From positions 12,747,440 through 12,811,439 of the forward strand of contig NC_068998.1 of assembly GCF_001194135.2 (NCBI RefSeq): DNA of 64,000 nt, read 5' to 3'. The notes under the pieces are model-generated. The model was not told the DNA's origin, ran no database searches, and saw only the letters and a list, made by a program, of their open reading frames with translations. Within the stretch, counting starts at the first letter, position 1. Every line of letters begins with the position of its first letter. Origin of the DNA: Octopus bimaculoides (taxonomy: Eukaryota). Both the position numbers and the translations under genes were made by a program. Shown one piece after another: positions 36,110 to 50,203 of the stretch.

Positions 36110-36535
36110 TGGTTAAGAAGTTTGCTTCTCAACCATGTGGTTTTAGGTTCAGTCCCACTGTATAACATCTTGGACAAATGTCTTCTATTAGAGCCTCAGT
36201 CTGACCTTGTGAGTAGATTTGGTAGATAGAAACTGAAAGTAGCTTCTCATATATGTATATGTGCATGTTTGTCTCCTTGTCTTGATATCATGAAATAGTT
36301 ATTAGCAGAGTCCTTCATTTTTATGGCGAAAACATGTCATCATGTAAGTGGAGTCTGATTTCTATACTTCTGTAAAAGTTTGTCCCGACATGGGGAAATG
36401 TTGCCTTGCTTAAGAAGAGGTGAGTGTTGGCAGTAGTTAGGGCATCTGACCTTAGAAAATCTGCTGCAATAAATTCTATCTAACCCATGCAAACACGTAA
36501 ATGTTTACATTGAAGATGATGATGATGATGATAAT
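36110..36535 (+). mobile_element. Family C head/CORE joined to an RTE-type tail (subfamily C2)
   Basis: C head and CORE, then catggggaaatgttgccttgc...aacccatgcaaacac...(gat)n instead of the usual C tail. Confidence 0.7.
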
Positions 36536-36641
36536 GATGGTACTCCTAAAAAAAAGGCCTAATGTTCTTTGATCATAAGACTGACCTTGAGCCTAAACAA
36601 CAACTGATATGAAGCAGGAGTAACATGTTTGTCATCTAGGT

Positions 36642-36938
36642 CAGGGGTTTTCAAACTGTGGTCCGCGGACTACAGGAGGTCCGCAAGGACAAGACAGGGG
36701 GTCCGTGGACAGCAAATACTTTTTATGGGCAATTTGATTTTATATATGTTTTTTAATGGAAATCTTTTAATTGACAATAAACCTATTTGTTAAATAGTGT
36801 TAAATAAATAAATGTAAAAATATATGTTATTTTAAGCAAATATTTATGTATAAATTTCAGAAGCGTTTATAAGGGGGTCCCTAAGGTAAATCCTGAAATA
36901 TAAAGGGGTGCGCAAGTCAAAAAGTTTGAAAACCCCTG
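36642..36938. mobile_element. hAT (Charlie-like) MITE
   Basis: 16-bp TIR caggggttttcaaact / agtttgaaaacccctg and a perfect 8-bp TSD atctaggt. Confidence 0.92.
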
Positions 36939-37789
36939 ATCTAGGTAACCAGAGGTCTAACTCAGTGGTTGTTGTGTGGTTTGAACTGCTGACCATATAT
37001 ATGCTCTGTATACTAGTTCCTGAACATCCCAATGCTTTGTTATTGTGTTTACATGTTTTTATTTCTATTGATTGCAGAAGGATGAAAATCTAATATTAAA
37101 AATCACCATCTCAATTTTACAGTTCTCACGCTCCACCAACATAATTCTGAACAAGTGTTATTTATTTTTAGAATAGAGTATTGTATTAATATCACCCCAG
37201 TGTTATCTCCCACAAGGATGTTGCTTGACTTCCTCTTCAAAAATACCCATTCATGGGTGATTAGGACTCTGAATAGAAAAAAAAAAAACATGGTATCCAT
37301 CTGTAAGGGAAAATACACTGAAGATGCATCCTGTTTCCTTTTCCTTACCATTAAAGGATTTGAACAGAATTCTGTAAGCTTGTAAAACATCAGTTTTAGG
37401 CTGCCTGGTTTTGCTGTAATACCTAGATCAACTTTAATTGAGCATACTTATGATTTAACAATTTCTAGTCATGAGCATCCCATATTTTTAGGGTTATCTG
37501 ATAATGTCTTGTCCTTTTCTAAGAAAGTAACGTGTGATTTGAAGGAGATTTGATTGCTATTTCTAACAAGTTGACTGACCACTTAGAGGCTTCTTTGTTG
37601 GCTTATAGGTTACCTAGTCATTGCTTAAAGTCTAAAGACTAATGTTGCAAAGCCCAAAGTATTGGTAACAAAGAGTACAACATTCCAGTGGTACCTAAGA
37701 AGTAGCTTTACTTATACTGAACACTGAATGCATGCAAAATTTGCATTGGGCTATCTGGTAGAATATCAGAGAACTAAAGCATTAAATAT

Positions 37790-38004
37790 TCTTTTCTACT
37801 CTAGGCACAAGGCCAAAAGATTTTGGGGAGAAGGCCACTTGATTAGACCGACCCCAGTATGCAACTGGTATTTAATTTATCAACCCCAAAAGGATGAAAG
37901 GCAAAGTCAACCTCGGCGGAATTTGAACTCAGAATGTAAAATCAGACGAAATACTGCTAAGCATTTCGCCTGGTATTCTAACGTTTCTGCCAGCTCGCCG
38001 CCTT
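37790..38004 (-). mobile_element. Family B SINE, full length
   Basis: 11-bp direct repeat gcattaaatat at 37779-37789 / 38011-38021. Confidence 0.88.
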
Positions 38005-38824
38005 CCCAAGGCATTAAATATAATATAATGAAAGTGGTAGTTAGTGATCAGAATACATATGAAACAAGGCCCATATTCTGCTCAGGTACCTCACTAGATG
38101 TATTTGACTCAAAGACTCAGGAAAACATGAGAACAAGTGGTTATGTTAGACCTCAGGAGGCTGAGCCTCATTGACAAAATGAAATTAAAAAAACAAAAAG
38201 GACTAAGATAAGCAGCTTTGTACTTTAAAGCCAAGCGGTCCATCTCATTTCTGTAGCAGTTGTTAAAACATTGATGAAAGTAAATTACTGAAATTTGATG
38301 ATTAAAAAAATTAGAAGGAACATTAGTTAAAGCTGGAATTTAATTTACAATATTGGGAAACAGAATATGTGAATAAAATTTTAAACATATAATGTAAAAG
38401 ATTAAACGTTTTTTTTTATTATTATTATTAGTTAGAACCCATGGTAATGAAAATCTGTTTTTGTTTGAAATTATTGAAAAAAAACTACCCAATAAAACAC
38501 ATTAACTATTCAGCTTCTGTAATAAGCAATATGTTCCAAAGAAATGAGAAGAGTAAAATCAAATAAAGTTTCTATTGAAATTATTGACCATTGAGACTAG
38601 AATATCAGAAATATTTAATATCTTAAAATTTTGGTTTTTCTTTTTCCTCCTTGCTTTGAATATGCTAATTGAAGCTACTGATCTGATCCATTAAAGATGT
38701 AAATGTAAGAGAATTCTGAATTATTATGTGAAATTATTAATATTTTGCAAATATTTGGTTTATATATCTTCTTGTTATACATACATAAGTACACCCCCCT
38801 ATCACACACACATATAATTTATTC

Positions 38825-38877
<53 letters not shown>

Positions 38878-40557
38878 TACATCATAATGCGCGCGCACAC
38901 ACACACACACGCACACAAAATACTATCATCATTTTGCATCTGTTTTCCATGCATGGGTAGGATGGTTTNNNNNNNNNNNNNNNNNNNNNNNNNNNNNNNN
39001 NNNNNNNNNNNNNNNNNNNNNNNNNNNNNNNNNNNNNNNNNNNNNNNNNNNNNNNNNNNNNNNNNNNNNNNNNNNNNNNNNNNNNNNNNNNNNNNNNNNN
39101 NNNNNNNNNNNNNNNNNNNNNNNNNNNNNNNNNNNNNNNNNNNNNNNNNNNNNNNNNNNNNNNNNNNNNNNNNNNNNNNNNNNNNNNNNNNNNNNNNNNN
39201 NNNNNNNNNNNNNNNNNNNNNNNNNNNNNNNNNNNNNNNNNNNNNNNNNNNNNNNNNNNNNNNNNNNNNNNNNNNNNNNNNNNNNNNNNNNNNNNNNNNN
39301 NNNNNNNNNNNNNNNNNNNNNNNNNNNNNNNNNNNNNNNNNNNNNNNNNNNNNNNNNNNNNNNNNNNNNNNNNNNNNNNNNNNNNNNNNNNNNNNNNNNN
39401 NNNNNNNNNNNNNNNNNNNNNNNNNNNNNNNNNNNNNNNNNNNNNNNNNNNNNNNNNNNNNNNNNNNNNNNNNNNNNNNNNNNNNNNNNNNNNNNNNNNN
39501 NNNNNNNNNNNNNNNNNNNNNNNNNNNNNNNNNNNNNNNNNNNNNNNNNNNNNNNNNNNNNNNNNNNNNNNNNNNNNNNNNNNNNNNNNNNNNNNNNNNN
39601 NNNNTAGATTATCCTCCTACAGAGGATAAATTATTTAATTATTTGAAATGTATACCTCAACACTTTTCTGAATCTGATTACATAGAGGAATTTCAGCATT
39701 TGCTGGAGTTTTGAGATGCTGCAACTGATCTCGTTGAAAGTGTTTTGATGGTACGTTCTCTGTATTGAAAATTGTGTTGTGACAAAAGCTCTTAAGTACA
39801 TGCATCTTGCTTGTAGCCTTAACTGTAAATTGTGTAGCAAGGAGGAAGTTTAGTTTGTTGTTTGTAATAGAGGCATTGCAGAATTGTTGTTTTCATAATT
39901 TATAAGATTGGGCTCAAATCCTTTTATCAATTTGGTGAAGATGATAGTAACATATTTTAATGATGCCACTTGGTCTAATAGACCACATGACTGACATTTG
40001 ACTTAATTAATTTTTTTTTTTTTTGTAGTTTGTTTTTAGTTGTTTTCTAGTTTAATATCTTACTACTAGGATATGAATTAGCATATTTTCTGATCATGTC
40101 ATCTGTTTGTTGTTTAGCTCTAGCCCAATCAACTCTGATCAAGCAGATCTTTTGACAAAAGGTATACCAACTATAGCCATCTCATCAATTTTTTTCCAAT
40201 TCATTATGTCTGGGAATACATTATCCTATGCTTGACCTTTGGCTGCAGTCCAAAGACTGAAACAAGTAAAAGAATGAAAGAATCAGCTAACTTTATTAAT
40301 CATCATTTCTGGATATTGAATAAGAAATAAAATGTTAGAGGTATATCTGTCTGGATTCAGAGTTCAATTTATAACCACTAGATTTGGGTTCTATTCTAGT
40401 GCATAGTACCTCAGGCAAGTGTCTCCTACTATATCTTTGGGCCAGCTTATGTTTTTGGGGTGAGATTGGTCAAGGGGAAACTGTATGGGAGCCATTGTAT
40501 GTGTACATATACATATACAGCCACATTATTTATCTGTCCGTTTGTCCATCCATTCAT

Positions 40558-40590
<33 letters not shown>

Positions 40591-40904
40591 CTAGTGAATG
40601 TAAATTCTTCCCCTGGTGAAGAAGTACAATCATAGGTTGCTGGTTAGTGACTTCAGACTTAGATCTAAAGGGAGCCAGACATGTAAACCAATGAAATCCT
40701 AAAGATCCAACAAGCAGTCAAAAATCTAGGTATGTTTTAGTTGAAACATTTGATAAAAAGGAGGAGATAGATGTATTGCATAGAGGACAACTGAGATTTC
40801 CCACAGGACAATCTACCCCCGAGGGTGTAGACCAAATTTGTGGCTGGTGCAAACTACTGACCAGTGTATCTGTCTGTCTGTCTATTTTAGACATTCACAC
40901 ACAC

Positions 40905-41320
40905 GCACATGGTTGTATGGTAAGAAGTTTACTTCCCAATTTGCTTCTTGGTTTCAGTCCCACCATGTAGCACCTTGGGCAAGTGTTTTTTTACTATAGC
41001 CTGAGCTGACCAAAGCATTGTGAGTGGACTTGGCTGATGTTAACTGAAAGAAGCCCATTGTATGGATGTGTGGGTATATGTGTGTGTTACTGTCTTTTTG
41101 CCTTGACTTCACGTGATAGTCGTAAATGAATGTCACCATCATGTAATTGGTGTCCTTTGTTCCCAGTCTTCTGTGAAAACATGTCTCCTGAAGGAATATG
41201 TTACTTGATAAAAGGTGAGGGCTGGCAACAAGAAGGGTGTCAGGCTGTAGAATATTTACCTCAACAAAATCCATCCAATCCATGTAAACATGGTAAAATG
41301 GATGTTAAACAACAATGTAA
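40905..41320 (+). mobile_element. Subfamily C2 SINE (C head plus RTE-type tail)
   Basis: Same architecture as 36110-36535. Tail catccaatccatgtaaacatggtaaaatggatgttaaac. Confidence 0.7.
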
Positions 41321-41357
41321 CTGACTAACCCCATCCCCTAGAATTTCAGGCCTTGTG

Positions 41358-41575
41358 CATCATCATCGTTTAACATCTGCTTTCCATGCTAGCATGGGTT
41401 GGACGGTTTGACTGAAGACTGGTGAGCCAGAGGCTGCACCAGGCTCAATCTGATCTAGCAAAGTTTCTACAGCTGGATGCCCTTCCTAACACCAACCACT
41501 CTGAGAGTGTAGTGGTTGCTTTTATGTGCCATTGGCACGAGGACCAGTCAGGTGGTTCTGGCAACGACCACATTC
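41358..41575 (-). mobile_element. Family A copy
   Basis: catcatcatcgtttaacatctgctttccatgctagcatgg...gctggatgcccttcctaac. Confidence 0.8.
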
Positions 41576-42814
41576 AAGGAAAAAATTATTTGGTTAGGTT
41601 CCTACTTATGAAAAAAAAAAAATGTTGATAAAACTGCAAACCGAGAAACTTTTCTGGCAAGTGTTTAAAAGCTGAAAATGAAGTGGCTTAGTCATGTAAC
41701 CAAATACTGTGACACTCTGTCTCTAATGAATACCATATTTGCTAGTGTACAGGACATATACTTGCATAGGACAAAGCCACTTCATTTTGATGTTTCCTCA
41801 TGCAGTCATACACAAGGTATCCCATTTCTAATATGTTATCATTAGACACATGACAATTTTTGATACATTTAAGAGTCTAAAAAGTGGAGGGACAAATTCC
41901 TGGCAGAAGATGTGTAGGAAGACTACAAAACAACAACAAAAATGGGCTGAGGGAGATGATAGAAAGCACAAGATTAGCTGATAACCAGGAAAGATAGCTA
42001 ATAGATGATAGAGGTTGTTGTGCTTGCTATATGCATACAGCTTCCTTTGAATTTTGATGATGGGCTTTCTACTGACAACCATTTCACCTATATTGTCAAT
42101 GTTGTCTTAAGAGATTAGCGTTTGGAATTCATGGTCCCCAATCACTAACAGTTGTATTTAAGGGCAGATTTAAACTACTGTATTTTCTAGATTAAGGGGG
42201 TTTTAAGTAGAAATCATTCTTGCCTTTGATTCAACTTCTCTGGGATTTTTGAGCAATTCTTACTGCTTCTTAGCATAGGCTGATCTCAGAGAAACAGAAG
42301 TCATCAAGTAAACCATACAGCAAAAGATGTACTTAACTTTTAAAACGTTCTCCATACAATTTTAGGTCTTTGAGAGGAAGCATATTTTTTAAACAAATAA
42401 AAACAATATTAAACAAAATGATAAATTTTCATTTTCACCCCGTCATCAAAATGAGTAATTCGAAAAGGAATGTGCTTTATCTGTGTTGCATCTGTGTTTC
42501 CTTTTGATGAAAGTTTCTGGTATTCAAAAATGAAAAACATAATGTAAATATTCACAGGTAGAATTGGACATCTTTTGTGAGTTACCTCTTCCTCTGCATC
42601 TGGCAGTATTCTTTTCTACCTCATCCTCTGCATCTGGCAGTATTCTCTTTTCCTCTTATCACTTTATGCAAGTCAAATTCACTTTTGTTTTTCACTCTTT
42701 AATTGCTCTCCTGTGCCAACTTATAATTGTGTTTTTTCTTTACTGTTCATTCTTCCTTCTTTTCACTTTCAACAATTCCTTCATCATTTCTTTTATCTTT
42801 TAATTGTTTCACTC

Positions 42815-43160
42815 ATTGAACTGTGGCCATGCTAAAGCAACACCTTAAAGGATTTAATCAAACAAATTGACCCCAGTATTTATTTTTTAAGCCTGGTACC
42901 TATTCTATCAGTATCTTTTGCCTAACTGCTAAGTTACAGGGATGTAAACTAACCAACACCAGTTGTCAAGTGGTGAGGGTGCAGGACAAGCAAACACACA
43001 CACACACACATGCCATGCTTCCACACAGTTTCCATCTACCAAATTCACTCACAAGACATTAGTTAGCTTTGAGAATTGCTGATGTTGCTGTGCAGTGGAA
43101 CTGAATCTAAAACCTTATGACTGCAAAGTGAGTTTTTTAACTACACAGCCATACCTGCTC
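42815..43160 (-). mobile_element. Degenerate family C SINE
   Basis: ctgtggccatgc...ctgctaagttacagggatgtaaac...ctacacagccatacctgc. Confidence 0.7.
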
Positions 43161-44069
43161 TATTGGTGATATTTCTATGTAAATCACTCAGAAAAGAGAT
43201 AGAAACGTTGATAGTCCCAACCCATTAGCATTGATTTTTTTTTTTCTTTTGAGGATTTCAATTTTCACTAGGAGGTGTTATTTATAACTTATATGTTCAA
43301 AATCAACTTCAAAATAGTTATTGGTTTGTTACAGTTTAATCCAGTTTCAAACAGAAATTGACTTTTGAGCAGTGTGAAAACTTGCCTTGAGAACCTGAAT
43401 TAGTAAATATTCAAACTTGTCTGACTTCTGAAAAATATATATTAAATACATGAAAAATATATCCAAGTGTCCTCTTTCTTCCCACCTTCCTCTCTCTGTG
43501 AATGTGTATGTATTTGTGTGTGTATGAAAATAGGAAGTCTATTTTTAGTTTATAAGTTATAATTATCATGAAGTTTGATGTTACACTCTTTTGTTACAAA
43601 TGTGATAAGATCATTATTTGTTGTTGACAAGCTTTTGCTGGCTCTGTTTGAGAAGTTTGATATATTCTTTCAACATTCTCTTCCACTTCATAAGAGGTAG
43701 CCTACTCTAAGAGATGATGTGCACTCTATATTAATTAATTAATTCACTTCTACAAATTGGCCCCTATTTGTGCTGAGGTCATTAGTTTCACTGAAGCTAG
43801 CTGATATTACATCATTACCCCATGTATGTATGCCTTTTGCTAAGGCTTTCAACACATGATTCAGCAGCTTGATTTTTACGATATTATTTTCTTTTTCCCG
43901 AGTTTCAAAGGATGTGTCACTGAACTTCTCAAAGCAAGTTCAGTCAAAACTAATCTTTTTGAATGCAAGACACTATCAGTCAGGTAAGATAGTCTGCACC
44001 ATTGCAGTTAAGTATTCATTATCCATTCTTTGTGGAAGATGAACTTTCAGTGCAAATTATAAAAGAGAC

Positions 44070-44290
44070 TCCTTCTTCAGCCCTTCTTCATTCCCTTGGT
44101 CATCAATGTCTTTCCTCCTCTCTTCTTGACTGTGGACTGTCTTTTCTGCTCTTCTCTTATTGAATCCCTGCTTTCTCAGTTCTGCTTCAGTACCCAGCCT
44201 CCAAGTATTTTTAGGGCATCCTCTCTTCCATCACTTTTGTAGGTGAATGTTTTCCAGAGGGAATGTCTTCCTCTCTCAGGTTTTGATGGC
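44070..44290 (-). mobile_element. Second decayed RTE-type LINE C-terminal remnant
   Basis: Minus strand reads WKRGCPKNTWRLGTEAELRKQGFNKRRAEKTVHSQEERRK, resembling the GxRxRGRPKxTWRR..EAEL...DR..WR motif at the end of RTE ORF2. Confidence 0.55.
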
Positions 44291-44389
44291 TTTTATTTAT
44301 TGTCGANNNNNNNNNNNNNNNNNNNNNNNNNNNNNNNNNNNNNNNNNNNNNNNNNNNNNNNNNNNNNNNNNNNNNNNNNNNNNNNNNNN

Positions 44390-44464
<75 letters not shown>

Positions 44465-45277
44465 GTAAGAATTTCTCCCAGGTGTTACCCATTACAATTC
44501 GTCTTGGCCTAACAGCCCTTAAGATTTGCCTTCGGCGATTGTTTACTTTGTATGTCCATTCTGTTGTTGTTTGTTGATTTGAAGCCCAAAATCTCCACAA
44601 ATTTTATATTTATAAAATTTCTAGATGCTGCTGTCTTATGACGTTTTCCTATCTTGTCGTTAAAAGCACTGAATAGGGAGTAGTAAAACAGTCGACAACT
44701 GATGAGCAAGATATCTTCTTTTGGAATTTGTCCTGTACTTATCTCTCGTGTGTTTATATATTTTCACTCATTGGTGATGTCCTGTACTTAATGTGTATTT
44801 ATATATATACTACTTTTCTATATTTTATCTCCAAGAATAGGTAATCCATATTAAGTCTGGCCTCTATCCTTTGACCTGTCCAGCATTAGAAGGTCTACAA
44901 GGAGCTTGTTCTCCATTAGCTAACTCTCGGGCTCACTGAGGTACTCAAGCCACCACCCTGTAACGAAGACTAGACCTTATGGTAGATAAATGAAACTCTA
45001 TTCATATCTTCTAGTGTTTCTGTTATTGCCTATGCCTCACTGCTATTGAACAATTCTTTTCAGTGTAAGCTGTAAAATGCAGCATTATAAACCTTCCTGC
45101 TTAGCAACTTCAACACCTGACGTAGTCATAGAGATATGTGGCATGTCTTAAGCATTTTAAATCTGGCAGAGCCAATTCCTTTCTAGATTCAATTTTGAAC
45201 TGATTTCTTCCAGGGTGAAAATGAGTATGAGAGAGAGAACATAAACCAACCAGCACCAGTTGTCAAGGGAAGTGTGT

Positions 45278-45353
<76 letters not shown>

Positions 45354-46070
45354 NNNNNNNNNNNNNNNNNNNNNNNNNNNNNNNNNNNNNNNNNNNNNNN
45401 NNNNNNNNNNNNNNNNNNNNNNNNNNNNNNNNNNNNNNNNNNNNNNNNNNNNNNNNNNNNNNNNNNNNNNNNNNNNNNNNNNNNNNNNNNNNNNNNNNNN
45501 NNNNNNNNNNNNNNNNNNNNNNNNNNNNNNNNNNNNNNNNNNNNNNNNNNNNNNNNNNNNNNNNNNNNNNNNNNNNNNNNNNNNNNNNNNNNNNNNNNNN
45601 NNNNNNNNNNNNNNNNNNNNNNNNNNNNNNNNNNNNNNNNNNNNNNNNNATATATATATATATATAAAACATATAGAAGGCTCTCTCATTAGCCCTCATG
45701 AACATGTAGAAGATTTCACGTTGGCCTGTATGCTGACTTCCAGTTACCACATGAAATTTAGAAGTTAAACAGCAGTATGTACTTTCATACAAAAAACACC
45801 TTTCAGTAAGAGCATTAAGAAAGGGCAGATGGCAATTCATGTGCTCCCATATGAATTTATCATGTGATTATCACACAGCAGTTCCTAGCTAGTCTAGAGA
45901 ATGTTGCTTGGTTGTTATCTTAGTATTATGAATAGGCTTTTCTTTAATAGAATGCAGTTTAGCAGTTATGCTTAATGTAAACCACAGGAACATATGGCAT
46001 ATATTTGTAAATTTCTAGCACACCTTTAGATGGCACCTGAACAGGGAAGGAGGATAGAAAGATAAAGGAT

Positions 46071-46102
<32 letters not shown>

Positions 46103-47001
46103 ATGTGTAGGAGAGAGAGAGCGGAGAGAGAGAGAGAAGTAGATAAACACCTACTGGACATTTGTTAAATGCTAATTAATCTACCTACCTTTAACAATAT
46201 TACATGCACAAACACATTTATGCACACAAACATATTTTCACACGTGCACACACACACACACACACACACATACACACACACACACTCTAGAAAGGAAGTC
46301 CTATTTTGCATCAGTATATAGCAAGTAGCTAGGCAGAATGAATCCAAAGTACCACTACCTTGTCCTGTCTGTCTCTTGCTGACTTTGTCTATCTGTCTGC
46401 CTCTCTCTCTCTCTCTATCTATATATATATATACACACATACAGAGTTCTTATTTATATATATACATACATACACGTATATATACATAGGAATATATATC
46501 ATTCAACCTCCTGTAAACATACCAACAAATAAACTTATTGAGATTTTACTGAGAGACGACATCTACATGGAAAACAATAGTCAAGTGGATATTAACATTT
46601 GATGAAGAAGGGAACATTGAGAAGCTAATGAAAAATAATGAGACAGTGAGAAGACAATATTAGTCAATAACAATAGTATTTTATTTTTTTTGGCAAATAT
46701 AGGAAATAACTCAAGACATGTTTTGGTCTTATTACACTGCCTCAGCAAAGCATAAACTTAATCAGTTTAAACTGAAAGGTTTTATTGTTTTGACAATTCA
46801 CAGTTTAGAACTTGAGCCCTACCACTGTTAACTCAGTTTAACATTCCTTTTGAGATAAGAAAAATAAAAACAATTTAATATAGTATTATGATAAGTTATG
46901 AAAATGTACATGTTGATGTTGTTGGTTAGCTCTAAATTAGTCCTATCTTTGACCACAGTGTTTATTTTTCTGTCTTTGTGTATCTTTCATTTTGTTTTTA
47001 A

Positions 47002-47221
47002 CCCTTTGGCTTTTAAATCACTCTATCAAATGTAATGCTTATTTATTTATATTGTTTGGAATTAATCATGCATTACCTCATAACTTTGAGACTACAATGA
47101 TGTGATTGTTCATTTTTAGAATAACATTATAGGGTAGGTATGAGAGGCTGGATCTGGCCAGTTTGAACATAAAGCTGGTAGAATATTTTGGCTGGATATG
47201 ATTGGTTGAAATGCTTAAGGG
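47002..47221. mobile_element. piggyBac-like MITE (220 bp), different interior
   Basis: TTAA at 46998-47001 and 47222-47225. Imperfect TIR ccctttggctttt / aaatgcttaaggg. Confidence 0.75.
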
Positions 47222-48208
47222 TTAAGACAGAAGGTTGTAACTTGAAGATCTGGCAGCTTTATTGTATTATCTTGAGCAACTTCATTGAGATTCCCACAAT
47301 GCTTGTTAAAATCCTGTTTTACTATGTCAGCTCTGATTGAAGAGATTTATGATTGAAGACGTAGCAGTTGTGACATCGAGTCTTTGTGTTTCTAGAACTA
47401 GATTTGTCTCTTTGTTTCTTGAGTAGTAGGTTATTATTTAAAAATAAGTTGGCAACAGTTTCTGATAACTTAGCAACTGCATAGAACTTCTTAGATGTCA
47501 CAAAAAGATAAAACACTTAGATTTCTCAAGTCGTGATGCATATTAGTACCACCCAGGATCAACATCACTAAGCTATCATGATCTGATGAGAACTTGTATG
47601 TTCAACATGATATGGTTGTAAACCTAGCTATGATTAAATCTTGTTTAATTCCAGGTAAAGATGATATAAAGCTTACCAGCAATATGACGAAGGGCAAACT
47701 AGCCATGACCGTTCTATCTTCCAAGACATAATTTATCTCAGATTACATTTCCCAATACCCCTTTGCTTAGCTGTGACTACCCTGCTTTTTCAAGGTTATA
47801 AAGATTACATTTTCTAGTATGTACTTTCTTTATTTAAGACAAGATATAATATGAGGAATATTTGGTTGCTATTTCTTTCAGGTTCAGCATTCACATAGAC
47901 ACTTCCTCATTGGTTCATATTACATTTTGCTCATGTATCACAAGTTTCTGTGACACACAAGCAGGACCTACCATCTATATGTTTGTGTGTGTTTGTGTTT
48001 GTGTGTGTTTGTGTTTGTGTGTATGTCAGTCAGTCTATGTATGTATGTGTGCACGTATGTATTGCTTTGTTAAAAAAAAAAAATCAAAGTTTTCTTCATT
48101 TTCTGCTCATTTGCCTGTCACACTAAACTATTTTTTCCTGATGTAGGTTGTAAAATATGCATTTTAATTTTAGCTATGAATAGATTCAAGGCCCTGTGTT
48201 TTGAGGTG

Positions 48209-48271
48209 AATACTCCAGTATTTGACTGAAATATTCCAGTATTTGACTGTAATATTCCAGTCATTGACTAT
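48209..48271. repeat. 21-bp tandem repeat, three copies
   Basis: aata(c/t)tccagtatttgactg(a/t) units. Confidence 0.85.
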
Positions 48272-49817
48272 TATTTGCTTGAACTACTATTGGAGTGTCT
48301 ACATGATTGCTTGACTACTTGCTAAAAGTAAAATGTCTCTCAAACCACACCTTGCATCAGATAACACAGTCTGGGGATAAGCTATTTCTGGAAAGCGGCC
48401 GGAATGCTTTTGATCGTAGGTCAGCTCCAGCAAGGCTGACTTCAGAGTGTGTGTGTGTGTGTTAAACAACAAATGGTACTTAATTTATCAATCCCAGAAA
48501 GATAAAAGTCAAGGTTGAGATTCTTCTCAGAAAATAAATGAAAAGTAGAATAGTCACTCAACTTCCTACAAATAGCTCCAGATCCCTCCTATATCACATC
48601 CTACCATCTTACAAAAACAAAAAAAAAAAGATGAAAGGAAAGGAAAGAAGACAAAGGTTAATGGAGTCCTAGATGCACTGTTTCTGGCGGCCTTGTCTTT
48701 TTGATCATTTGTTTGTTCAGTCAGGGCTGACCTGGGGTTAAATAACAGCATCAGCAAAAGAAGCAGACTAATGCAATAATTTGAGACATGTAATATTGGA
48801 TACTAATTAATAGGACTAGCATCTCATTATATTAATTAGACTATAAGTTAGTGAAATGAAGCTTCATTTCACATGTAATTACAGTTTAATTAAAAAAAAA
48901 TATAATGAATTTCTAATATGGTCACATGACCACACCACTTGTTGAGGAAAGAATAGTTGATTAAGTAGACCCTAGTGCTTCACTGGATGTTTATGTATTA
49001 GTCCTAAAAGGTTGAAAGGCAAAGTCAAGTAAGGCAGGATTTAAACTCAGATCATAAAAGAATGTAACTAAAACCCACAGGTTATTGTGTTTGCTGCTGT
49101 TTGCTTGCTACCAATCCACCACCATATGTAGCAATTTACGTATGGATATGAGAAATGTAGAATAAACAGGATGTTCTATGAGTGTGTGTGTGGACACTGT
49201 TTGTGTTTTCTTGTGTTGACACATTGGTAATTGCAAATGGATGGCATTGTCATACAGGCAGTGTCATACATTTCCAGTATTCTATGAAAATATGTCCAGC
49301 CAGAGGGAGATATATTGCTTGGAAACGGGTGAGTGTTGGTGTCTCAAAGGGAATTCATCTGTAGAAAACATACCTCAATAAATTCCATCTGACCCATGCA
49401 AGCATGGAAAAGGTCGTTAAAACACAGATAATGATAGCAATGATATATATTTAAAGATGACAACTGTCACTCACAAGTGAGCATGACTTGGGAGTGTGTA
49501 CTTGGCTTTTACTAATTGTTTTAGGTGCCTATGTAGTTGTGTACAGACATAAACATTCCCTCCCTTGACACTCTCTCTCTCTCTTGACCTAGCAGAATAT
49601 CCACCATGTGACAGCTGGAGAGGGATAGATTTGTATCAGCACTTGGCTGATAATCATTTCAGTTGAGCAAAATGGAGCAACATGAACTGAATTACATTAC
49701 TTAAGGATACAACTTATTGCCCACACTAGTCGAAGAATCAACCCCATGAGCTTAAGATCGGAAGCTCAACACTCAAACCATTGGGGGTCACACCACATAT
49801 ATAGATGTATATTAATA

Positions 49818-50203
49818 CAGTGATACCTCACAGTACAAGTTTAATTTGTTCCAAGACCAAACTCATCTTACAATTTACTTGTTTTACAAATCAATTTTCC
49901 CTGTTGAAATTAACTAAAATATAATTAGTCTATTCCAGCCCCCCAAAAACTACTCAAAAATCATTTTTCGTAGGTTTTAAAACAGAAAAGGTGTAGCTAC
50001 AAGTAAAACGACAATTATAAAAAAGAGAATGGTAAAGAAATATGTAAACTGGTTTTATTAACTGAATTACCTTAAAGATGGGACAATTTGTGTGCTTGTA
50101 CTGTGGTTTCCACTCATACTTCAAGACAAAAGTTTGCACAAGTCTTGGCTTGTACAGTAAATGACTCGTACAATGGAGCAGTTCGTACTGTGATGTTCTA
50201 CTG
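49818..50203. mobile_element. pogo/Tigger-like MITE
   Basis: TA-flanked. Termini cagtgatacctcacagtac / gtactgtgatgttctactg, with repeated subterminal ctc(g/a)tac motifs. Confidence 0.6.

Noticed and set aside
42583-42650. 34-bp tandem duplication next to a minus-strand donor-like site
   Set aside because: The unit length is not a multiple of three and this is a simple local duplication with no support for an exon.
43919-43944. 9-bp perfect hairpin actgaactt/aagttcagt
   Set aside because: It is short enough to occur by chance in 64 kb of AT-rich DNA and has no supporting context.
44509-44709. Minus-strand ORF after a good-looking acceptor (AFNDKIGKRHK...)
   Set aside because: It ends in a stop, shows no recognisable homology, and I found no phase-compatible upstream exon. 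Left unannotated.
47322-47516. Minus-strand ORF with CHNCYVFNH resembling a gag zinc knuckle
   Set aside because: The last Cys of CX2CX4HX4C is absent (Ser, two base changes away) and there is no flanking retroelement sequence.
47583-47610. CTGATGA followed by a GAAC/GTTC stem
   Set aside because: The required GAAA is missing (aaca follows) and no stem I or III can be formed.
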